In this document: one piece after another, positions 8,581-15,764 of the stretch
Layout of the letters: every line of letters starts with the position of its first letter
Position numbering within the stretch: the first letter of the stretch is position 1
Origin: an uncultured virus (IMG/VR IMGVR_UViG_3300046517_000932)
Lineage: Duplodnaviria; Heunggongvirae; Uroviricota; Caudoviricetes
Length of the DNA: 64,000 nt
Reading direction: 5' to 3' (one strand)
IMG/VR virus record: IMGVR_UViG_3300046517_000932
Notes under the pieces: model-generated
What the model was told of the DNA's origin: nothing
The model's database searches: none
Seen by the model: the letters and a program-made list of their open reading frames with translations, nothing else
Made by a program: the position numbers and the translations under genes

Positions 8581-8769
8581 ATGACTGCCCGCCTGCAGCA
8601 GCACATCGCCCGCGCCCTCCTCGCTCATGGTGTTTCCGGCGAGCTCGTCCCCATGATCGCCGGCGGCCTGCTACTGGTCGTCGACGATGCGCGGCAGCTC
8701 GAGACCGCCCGCGCCGCAGTCTCCGCCGATTTCCCCGAAGTCGCTCGAGTGACCACCCATGCCGAGTAA
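8581..8769 (+). CDS. Hypothetical protein
   Basis: Operon position. Confidence 0.45.
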   Translation: MTARLQQHIARALLAHGVSGELVPMIAGGLLLVVDDARQLETARAAVSADFPEVARVTTHAE

Positions 8770-9031
8770 GAAAAAAACCATCCTCCGCGCCGTGCCCCGC
8801 GCGACCTGGACGCCAGAGATCGGCCGGCCGTTCGCCAGGGTCGGTCCGGATCAAGTCATCTGCTGCGATCCCGGCGCCGACATCCAGTCCGACGCGGCCG
8901 ACGCCGCCGAGCTCGCGCACCGCTGGAACGCATACCCGCAGCTAGTCGAGGCACTGACCCGCATCGTCCACACCGGAAAGCTCAGCGTCGCGCACGAAGC
9001 ACTCGCCCACCTCAAAGCATCGACGAAATGA
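8759..9031 (+). CDS. Hypothetical protein
   Basis: AELAHRWNAYPQLVEAL motif, common in phage early proteins. Confidence 0.6.
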   Translation: MPSKKKTILRAVPRATWTPEIGRPFARVGPDQVICCDPGADIQSDAADAAELAHRWNAYPQLVEALTRIVHTGKLSVAHEALAHLKASTK

Positions 9032-9327
9032 GCACGAACAGCATCCTCGCCCGCGCGACCATCAAAGCTCTCACCGCCGAGCACGCGCCGGCACCGAAGC
9101 AACGTCGCAGCAAGGGATACAAACTCGTCGACGAAGGCCGCCGCGCGCCGAGCGTTCACGTCCTGTTGACGGATGCCCAGGTGCTCGAGTGCCGCTCACG
9201 GTTTGAATTCGAACGCGGATGGGCACTGGAACGCCTGGCCGCCGAGTACGGCACGTCGCGCGACTACATGCGCCAGCTTCTCAGCTACCAGACGCGATCG
9301 AAACTGATCCCGCGCCGGCCCGCGTAG
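9028..9327 (+). CDS. HTH-containing protein
   Basis: LTDAQVLECR...LERLAAEYGTSRDYMRQLL HTH pattern. Confidence 0.6.
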   Translation: MSTNSILARATIKALTAEHAPAPKQRRSKGYKLVDEGRRAPSVHVLLTDAQVLECRSRFEFERGWALERLAAEYGTSRDYMRQLLSYQTRSKLIPRRPA

Positions 9328-9345
9328 CTGAGGAGTCCTATCGCT

Positions 9346-9393
9346 TACTCATTTTTGATACTGAAGATCAATCAATTTACTCATTTTAGATTA
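9346..9393 (+). promoter_or_regulatory. Operator pair
   Basis: TACTCATTTTTGATAC (9346-9361) and TACTCATTTTAGATTA (9378-9393). Confidence 0.65.
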
Positions 9394-9443
9394 TGCGTCC
9401 GGACGTACAATCTGTTTCATACCAACCGAACGGGGTCTACAAA

Positions 9444-9668
9444 ATGAATCTGCATCAGCAACTCGCAGGCAACCAGAACCGCCGCATGGCAAACGAGGCG
9501 CGTTTTCTGGATCGCATCGACGCGCGCGAAGACGCAGCCGAATCGATGCTCGGCACGCTGATCCGCGAAGGCAAGGAAGTGCGCTACGTGTGGCCGAAGG
9601 GAGGCAAGTACCGCGAAGGCACGCGCCTCGAACTGATCGCCTTCCTCGTCCGCCGCAACTACGTCTGA
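9444..9668 (+). CDS. Hypothetical protein
   Basis: Start at MNLHQQ downstream of the operators. Confidence 0.65.
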   Translation: MNLHQQLAGNQNRRMANEARFLDRIDAREDAAESMLGTLIREGKEVRYVWPKGGKYREGTRLELIAFLVRRNYV

Positions 9669-9690
9669 ATCGGCCCGCAGAGAGACCACC

Positions 9691-10143
9691 ATGAAAAAAC
9701 AACAATTCACGTTCACGACCGCAGAGGGGAAAGTCGAGACCCGCTCGAGCGCCCGCCCCTACACGCACGTCGTCGTCGGCCGCAGCGACTTCAATAAGCA
9801 GCGCGCGCACGTCGTCGCAATGCGCTCGAAGATGGCGAAGAACGACCGCGACAACTATCGCTTCTGGGCAACGTGCGCCTCGACGCCTGTCGGCGCGATT
9901 TACCCCGGCGAGAACTTCACCGTTCGCCAGGAAGCGCACGACCAGGGACTGAAGATCATCGCCGCGTATCCGACGGTCGAGTCGTACGTCGCCGCGCGTG
10001 CCGATGCGCGCTACAACGCTGTGCCCGCCGGCGACACCGGCCCGGAGCTCGTCCTGCAATGGTCAATGACTGAGCGCGCCGCGCGCGCCGCAGTTAGCGC
10101 GTTCTTGAAATTCCACTCAGACGTGCGAGTCGTTGCGCTCTAA
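9691..10143 (+). CDS. Hypothetical protein
   Basis: TRSSARPYTHVVVG motif; phage-like codon usage. Confidence 0.7.
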   Translation: MKKQQFTFTTAEGKVETRSSARPYTHVVVGRSDFNKQRAHVVAMRSKMAKNDRDNYRFWATCASTPVGAIYPGENFTVRQEAHDQGLKIIAAYPTVESYVAARADARYNAVPAGDTGPELVLQWSMTERAARAAVSAFLKFHSDVRVVAL

Positions 10144-10185
10144 CCCAACCCGCCCGGTCCGCCGGGCACCACTGGATCTCACACC

Positions 10186-10380
10186 ATGCAACTCGACACC
10201 CAGCGCATTCAAACCATCAACGCAGCCGGCCGCCTGGTCGTCTCGTTCAATGTCCTGCGCGACGGCGTCGTAGTCGACAACGCGCCGACTCAGTCGGTTG
10301 CATGGGAGCGCATGGACGCGCTGTGGATCGCGCGCCCGGAGGCGGACCGCGAGCTTGAGCGCCAGTACACCGGCCGTTAA
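10186..10380 (+). CDS. Hypothetical protein
   Basis: Operon position; upstream hairpin and GGA. Confidence 0.55.
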   Translation: MQLDTQRIQTINAAGRLVVSFNVLRDGVVVDNAPTQSVAWERMDALWIARPEADRELERQYTGR

Positions 10381-10423
10381 ACCAATCCGCCCGCCTCGCG
10401 CGGGCACGCACCAGGAGCACACC

Positions 10424-10654
10424 ATGACAAAAGCCGAAGCACGAAAGATCCTCGCGGCACACAAACGGATCCGCGACGCGATCGCATCCATCAACACTCT
10501 CACGGATCGCGTAGTCGAGCGCGATTGCGAGCGCGGCACCGACGACATGCAGACCGCCGAGTACCAGAACCTCCAGTACTTCGCCGACACGGTTCAGGCA
10601 GCGCTCGAGGAGTCGGTAAGCGAATCAGACGCCAACCTAGTGTTGGGCGCATAG
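10424..10654 (+). CDS. Hypothetical protein
   Basis: AGGAG RBS before MTKAEAR. Confidence 0.6.
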   Translation: MTKAEARKILAAHKRIRDAIASINTLTDRVVERDCERGTDDMQTAEYQNLQYFADTVQAALEESVSESDANLVLGA

Positions 10655-10750
10655 CACACGCCAGGCTCGCGCGCCTACTCATTTTCGAGTAGCATCCCAC
10701 GCGAGCCCGCCGACGTTCGGGCGTCCTCCACACACAGAGAGACCATCGCC

Positions 10751-11302
10751 ATGATCCGCACCGCCCTCGCCTTACTCGTCACGATCGCCGCGGCCGCGCC
10801 GCTGCAGGCAAACGCCGCCTACGCCTGGAACTCGCGCCCGGATTCGCCGGACGCGTCCAACACCGTTCTGTCGACCGGCGCGATGGACGCGATGGCAGCG
10901 TTCAAAGCGAAGCAGGCCGCCCAGGATGCGCAGCAGGCACAGCGCGACCAGGAGCGCGCGCAGCTCGAAGACGCGCAACGCGCCCGCAATGCCGAAGCGG
11001 CCGCCGCGCGCGCGCACGAGCTCGAGGTGCGCAACTCGCCAGCCGGGCACGTCGCCGGCGCCGAGCAGCAGATCAGGTATTGCACCGCCCGGATATCGGA
11101 GGCACGCGACGCGCTGCAGCGTGAGAATCAGATCGAGAAGGAATCAGGCGTGCAGAACCTCACGATTCGTTACCGCGCCGGATCCGAGATCACCTATTGC
11201 AACGGACAGATCAAGGCCGCGTTCCGAGAGTATCGCCAGTACGGCGGCACCGCCTCGAGCCCGGACGCACTCGTCAAACAACTCATCTCTGAATCGCAAT
11301 GA
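10751..11302 (+). CDS. Exported/periplasmic protein with signal peptide
   Basis: MIRTALALLVTIAAAAPLQANA signal peptide with an AxA site; one Cys pair; operator upstream at 10676-10691. Confidence 0.7.
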   Translation: MIRTALALLVTIAAAAPLQANAAYAWNSRPDSPDASNTVLSTGAMDAMAAFKAKQAAQDAQQAQRDQERAQLEDAQRARNAEAAAARAHELEVRNSPAGHVAGAEQQIRYCTARISEARDALQRENQIEKESGVQNLTIRYRAGSEITYCNGQIKAAFREYRQYGGTASSPDALVKQLISESQ

Positions 11303-11514
11303 CCAACTGCGTTACCTGCGGACACGCGCGCTGGACCACCACGCCGAGCGGCCGCATCAAAGCGAAAGTCGCCGGCAAGTGTCACGCGCCGATCGTCGAC
11401 CTAACCCCGCACCTTCCCGCGTGCGCCCAGGCTCCGCGCGTGTCGAAAAACTCCATCTGGCCCGACACCTGCGAGACCTGCCCGACCTGGATCCAGAAGG
11501 AGACCGCGCAATGA
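11299..11514 (+). CDS. Small Cys-rich protein
   Basis: CxxC...C...CxxC; ATGA coupling. Confidence 0.6.
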   Translation: MTNCVTCGHARWTTTPSGRIKAKVAGKCHAPIVDLTPHLPACAQAPRVSKNSIWPDTCETCPTWIQKETAQ

Positions 11515-11732
11515 CGATCCCCGACCGTTTCCGCCGTCGCACGCAGTGGCAGAACAACGCGATCGAGAAAGCCGACGAGAAGCTCGAGACCGCCGAACTC
11601 CCGACGTACAGCGAAGCGATCACGTCGCTCGCCGATCTGCTCACCTGGATCGGCAGCGCACCGGACGTTCCGCCCGCGACGATCGCCGCAGCTCACACGC
11701 TGATCGACCGCGCCACAGGATGCAGCCAATGA
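11511..11732 (+). CDS. Hypothetical protein (MTIPDRF...)
   Basis: AGGAG RBS; ATGA coupling. Confidence 0.6.
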   Translation: MTIPDRFRRRTQWQNNAIEKADEKLETAELPTYSEAITSLADLLTWIGSAPDVPPATIAAAHTLIDRATGCSQ

Positions 11733-12145
11733 CACCGCACGAACAACGCGCCTGGGATCGCCTCACCGCCGACATGGAAGGCGACATGCACCAGTACGAC
11801 TATTGGCAGGACGTCGCCGAGAACGTGCGAACGATCTACCTGAACCGGATCCTGCTCGAGGACGCCGCGCGCGCCGCAGGCATCGAGCTCGTTTGGTCGA
11901 CAATGCAGGACGTCTCGCCGCGACGCACCGACTCATACGACGCCTGGAACCCGCTCACTGACGACGGCGACGCGCTGCGCCTGGCCGTTCACCTGCGCCT
12001 TCTAATCAACCAGGCCCCGCACGCCGCGATCGTCGAGGGACAGCACAAAGGGATCATTGAGCCCTATGTCGATCACGCCGGCAACCCCTACGCCGCCACC
12101 CGCCGCGCGATCGTCCGAGCAGCCGCCGCCCTCGCCGCCGCTTAA
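11729..12145 (+). CDS. NinX-like phage protein
   Basis: WNPLTDDGDALRLAV...ATRRAIVRAAA motif. Confidence 0.6.
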   Translation: MTPHEQRAWDRLTADMEGDMHQYDYWQDVAENVRTIYLNRILLEDAARAAGIELVWSTMQDVSPRRTDSYDAWNPLTDDGDALRLAVHLRLLINQAPHAAIVEGQHKGIIEPYVDHAGNPYAATRRAIVRAAAALAAA

Positions 12146-12164
12146 TCAAATCTGAACCCGCACG

Positions 12165-12189
12165 AGCCAGGCCGAGCGCCTGGCTTTTT
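12165..12189 (+). terminator. Intrinsic terminator
   Basis: AGCCAGGC/GCCTGGCT stem followed by a T-tract. Confidence 0.75.
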
Positions 12190-12220
12190 GCTTTCTGCCG
12201 GCCGCACCTCCTCCGCGACA

Positions 12221-12284
12221 TACTCAAAAAAGAGCAAATTCCCTTGCTCTGCTGTACGCTCACGCGCATAATCCTTTTTGAGTA
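12221..12284 (+). promoter_or_regulatory. Operator pair
   Basis: TACTCAAAAAAGAGCA (12221-12236) and TAATCCTTTTTGAGTA (12269-12284). Confidence 0.65.
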
Positions 12285-12304
12285 AATCACCGCGAGACGC
12301 CCAC

Positions 12305-12442
12305 ATGTTGTTCCGCACGATCCAGTACTTCGAAGCACGCGCATTCAGCCTGCGCCCGTTCTACCGCTTCGACGTGCGCAGCCGCACCGGGCGCCTCATC
12401 GAATCGCATTGCATCCGCCTCGACGACGTCGTCTGGTGCTAG
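12305..12442 (+). CDS. Small hypothetical protein (MLFRTIQY..., 45 aa)
   Basis: Manually read ORF below the track cutoff. Confidence 0.45.
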   Translation: MLFRTIQYFEARAFSLRPFYRFDVRSRTGRLIESHCIRLDDVVWC

Positions 12443-12452
12443 GGAGATCCGC

Positions 12453-12587
12453 ATGTACACCGTGAAATACAAGTTGGACGGCCGGTTCCACATCGAGCAC
12501 TACGACCACGCCGAGTGGCGCGATCACCGCGCGTGCCGCCTCATCATGCGCGGCATTGCCGTCACCCTTTCCAAAAAGAAGCTATGA
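12453..12587 (+). CDS. Small hypothetical protein (MYTVKYKL..., 44 aa)
   Basis: GGGAG RBS; ATGA overlap with the next gene. Confidence 0.55.
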   Translation: MYTVKYKLDGRFHIEHYDHAEWRDHRACRLIMRGIAVTLSKKKL

Positions 12588-13141
12588 GCAACACAGTAGT
12601 TCAGAAAGAAACCCCGATGGAACGCTACAGCGTGCGCGGCGATCACGGCGTATGGGCCACGATCGCGCTGCGCGACTACGAGCGCCCCAACAACACCGGC
12701 GAGCGGCTCCACGGCGGAGAGATCTTGATTAACTCGGACTTCGGCGAGTACGCCTATTCCTGGGGGAACATGGGCTCACCGCTGAAGCAGTTTCTCTGCC
12801 GGATCGGCCGCAACTACGTGATCGACAAATTCACGAACGGTCGCGATACCGAATTCGACTTTGACGCGTCGCTCGCGGCCGTGAAGAAGGAGATCCGGAG
12901 CATGCGCAGGGAGCGCGAGATCACGCGCGCCGAGGCGCGCGATGCAATGGATGACCTTCCGAGCGAGGACGAAGGCAAAGATCAGTTTCTACGCGAATTG
13001 TGGAACATGGACCTGTTCACCGACGGCGATCCGCCCTTCGAATTTCTCCTCGAGCGCGAACGCCCGCAGATCACCGGGTTCTACAAACACGTCTGGACGC
13101 CATTCGTCGAGCACCTGCGCGCCGAGCTCGCCAATGGGTAA
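12584..13141 (+). CDS. Conserved phage hypothetical protein
   Basis: INSDFGEYAYSW...LKQFL...YVIDK motif. Confidence 0.7.
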   Translation: MSNTVVQKETPMERYSVRGDHGVWATIALRDYERPNNTGERLHGGEILINSDFGEYAYSWGNMGSPLKQFLCRIGRNYVIDKFTNGRDTEFDFDASLAAVKKEIRSMRREREITRAEARDAMDDLPSEDEGKDQFLRELWNMDLFTDGDPPFEFLLERERPQITGFYKHVWTPFVEHLRAELANG

Positions 13142-13544
13142 GCCGCCAGCCGCGCGCGGCCGGATAGTGCAGGCCCTGCGTCACTTCGGACCGATGACGG
13201 GCGCCGAGATCCGCGAATACCTGCGCATGTCGAAAACGACATTCTGGTGCGCTATCCAGCCGCTGTACACAGGCACGCCGAAACGGCTTTACATCTCCGG
13301 ATGGCAGTCGCCGGAAGCCGGTAAGCGCGGCCGACTCAAGCCGGTCTACTGCCTTGGAGACGCGCCGGACTGCGAGAAGCCGGAGACCGATCCGAACGCA
13401 GCGCATAGACGGTACCGCGAGCGCAATCGACTCCTCATCCGCCTCCGTGACAATAAGCGTCGCGGCGTACAATCAAACCCTTACCTCCAACTCATTGCAC
13501 CATGCCAATCAGCACCGAAGAAGCAGCCAAGCGCCAGGGGATAA
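13134..13544 (+). CDS. Winged-helix DNA-binding protein
   Basis: IVQALRHFGPMTGAEIREYLRMS, YISGW and PVYCLG segments. Confidence 0.6.
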   Translation: MGKPPAARGRIVQALRHFGPMTGAEIREYLRMSKTTFWCAIQPLYTGTPKRLYISGWQSPEAGKRGRLKPVYCLGDAPDCEKPETDPNAAHRRYRERNRLLIRLRDNKRRGVQSNPYLQLIAPCQSAPKKQPSARG

Positions 13545-13705
13545 GCAAGCGCCGAATGCAGCGCCTCCTGCAACAGGACCGCGTTCCCGGCGCCGTCCGA
13601 CTGAACCGCGATTGGATGATTCCCGATGACTTCATCGTTTTGCCGCCGGAAAATCCGACGACGCATCCAGGCCAGAAGATCCGCACCAAGACCCTGAAGG
13701 ACTAG
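13502..13705 (+). CDS. Excisionase-like HTH protein
   Basis: ISTEEAAKRQGISKRRMQRLLQQDRVPGAVRLNRDWMIP, MerR/Xis-like pattern. Confidence 0.75.
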   Translation: MPISTEEAAKRQGISKRRMQRLLQQDRVPGAVRLNRDWMIPDDFIVLPPENPTTHPGQKIRTKTLKD

Positions 13706-13710
13706 CGCAA

Positions 13711-13726
13711 GTCGTGACTACAGCAT
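13711..13726 (+). promoter_or_regulatory. Putative late promoter GTCGTGAC-TAC-AGCAT
   Basis: Motif match; overlaps hairpin GCATAGCC/GGCTATGC (13723-13752) just before ATG 13754. Confidence 0.7.
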
Positions 13727-13753
13727 AGCCGTGTACAACACACAGGCTATGCA

Positions 13754-15076
13754 ATGGCTACCAAAGTCCCAGCAGAACAGTTTGAGCGCACCGCGCGCAA
13801 GCACAACTTCAACGCGTACGCGACAGCTAAGGAGCTGGGCCTCGATCACTCGAGCGTCGTCAAGCGGATGCGCAACCTCAAAGAGCGGATCGGCGAGCAG
13901 CCGGCGCAAGAGCTCGAGCCCACCCCCGCCGGCGCATATCGCGACCCGGCAAACCCCAAGCGCCTCATCCCCCTGTCCGAAGATCAGCGCAAATACCGCG
14001 CCGACTGGACCGCGCAGAACTGCATCGACGAGCTGGTGCGCATCGCCAAGCAGGACGAGACGAAAGTCGTCACGCGCAACTACTTCCGCGTTCACTCCGA
14101 CATCTCCGAGTCCACCTGGAACCGCCACTTCGGCACGTTCGAAGAATTCAAGCGCCAGGCCGGCCTGAAACTATCGCGCCACGCGCACGTGCTCGAGCGC
14201 AACATCGCCAAGCACGCCAGCAAGGACGTGCAGCGCACGATGAACGAACAGAAACGCGGATGGGAGGACGTCTATCTCCGCCCGAGCTCGAAGCGCTTTC
14301 AGACCGTCCTGGTCGCGTCCGACATTCACGATATCGAGTGCGATCCGTTCTGGCGCCGCACGTTCATCGACACCGCGCGCCGTGTGCAGCCGGAAAAGGT
14401 CGTGATCAATGGCGATGCGCTCGACCTGCCCGAATTCGGCAAGTACGGCGTCGACCCGCGCGAATGGGACGTCGTCGGCCGGATCAAATGGTTGCACGCG
14501 TTCCTCGAGGACATCCGCCTGGCCTGCCCGGATGCCGAGATCATCTATATCGAAGGGAATCACGAGGCGCGCCTGATCCGCCACCTGGGCGAAGCGACGC
14601 CCGCGCTGAAAGTCGTGCTGTCGGATCTGCATGGGTTCACCGTGCCGAAGCTCCTGGGCCTCGACGCCTACCAGGTGAACTACATCGCGCGCATGGACCT
14701 GGCCGCGTTCACCGAGCGCGACATGAAGAAGGAACTCGCGAAGAACTACCACGTGATGTACGACTGCCTGATGGCGAACCACTTCCCGGAAGGCCGCCAC
14801 CTTGGCGTACCAGGTTTCTCCGGGCACCATCATAAGCACATCGTTTGGCCGTTCTATTCGCCGACGTTCGGCTCGAGCGAATGGCACCAGCTCGGATGCG
14901 GGCACGCGCGCGCCGCGACGTATTGCGCCGGCGAGAAATGGGCACTGGGGTTCATGCTGTGTCACGTCGACACGGAAAAGAAGCACACGCAGTTTGAGTA
15001 TGTCGAGCTGCGTGACCATGCGATGATCGGCGGCCGCTTCTACCAGCGCACCGCCGACGAGGTGATCGGCTCCTAA
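13754..15076 (+). CDS. Calcineurin-like metallophosphoesterase with N-terminal HTH region
   Basis: SDIH, NGDALD, EGNHE and GHHH motifs. Confidence 0.85.
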   Translation: MATKVPAEQFERTARKHNFNAYATAKELGLDHSSVVKRMRNLKERIGEQPAQELEPTPAGAYRDPANPKRLIPLSEDQRKYRADWTAQNCIDELVRIAKQDETKVVTRNYFRVHSDISESTWNRHFGTFEEFKRQAGLKLSRHAHVLERNIAKHASKDVQRTMNEQKRGWEDVYLRPSSKRFQTVLVASDIHDIECDPFWRRTFIDTARRVQPEKVVINGDALDLPEFGKYGVDPREWDVVGRIKWLHAFLEDIRLACPDAEIIYIEGNHEARLIRHLGEATPALKVVLSDLHGFTVPKLLGLDAYQVNYIARMDLAAFTERDMKKELAKNYHVMYDCLMANHFPEGRHLGVPGFSGHHHKHIVWPFYSPTFGSSEWHQLGCGHARAATYCAGEKWALGFMLCHVDTEKKHTQFEYVELRDHAMIGGRFYQRTADEVIGS

Positions 15077-15444
15077 GCCGCCTCAGCGATCGCGGCCGCC
15101 TCAGTAGATCGAGCGGCCGCGACGTCCATGCAGAGCCCGAAGATCAGCAACTGACCGCACTTCGTGAACATCTCCGGATCCTCCGGAAACCAGCCGTGAC
15201 TGGCGAGAAATCCCTCCGCATACCGCACCGGCGGAAAATCCACGTAATGCAGCGTCGCGCGCCAGCGCTCATCGATGAACCGATAGATAGCCGCCGTGCG
15301 CGTGATCACCGGCCCCCAGGCCGCAAAGTCTGCGCGCACCTTGTCGCGCACGCCTTCCTTTTCCCACTCCGTCATGCGCGATCGCGCGCAGTACAGCTCG
15401 AAATCGTCCCGGAAACCGGCCGGCACCGTGATAGCGGCCGTCAT
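15073..15444 (-). CDS. Hypothetical protein
   Basis: ATGA coupling to the deaminase. Confidence 0.6.
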   Translation of the reverse strand: MTAAITVPAGFRDDFELYCARSRMTEWEKEGVRDKVRADFAAWGPVITRTAAIYRFIDERWRATLHYVDFPPVRYAEGFLASHGWFPEDPEMFTKCGQLLIFGLCMDVAAARSTEAAAIAEAA

Positions 15445-15764
15445 TGCGCCACCGCCGGAGGCGCGCCGATCGTCAGCGCCGCGACGCCCGCGCCGAACAG
15501 CGCCACCTGGCAATAGCGGCAGGCGTACGCGTGACCCTCGACGTAGGCGTGCGCGCCGCGCGCGCGATCGCCGGCACGCTTGAGCGCCATCGCCTCAGCG
15601 TGCCCATCCTGGCCGCACACCGTAACGCACTTCGCATAGTCCTCGCCCGGCGCGCGCGGGCATACCGCCTGCGGGTTCGAGCACAGGTTCTCACCGATGA
15701 ACCGCTCGCCGGCCTGCGTGACGAGCGTGCACTTTACTTGCGACTTCGCACACGGACCGAGCAT
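15441..15764 (-). CDS. Cytidine/dCMP deaminase-like protein
   Basis: GHAE...ACRYC zinc-deaminase signature. Confidence 0.8.
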   Translation of the reverse strand: MLGPCAKSQVKCTLVTQAGERFIGENLCSNPQAVCPRAPGEDYAKCVTVCGQDGHAEAMALKRAGDRARGAHAYVEGHAYACRYCQVALFGAGVAALTIGAPPAVAQ

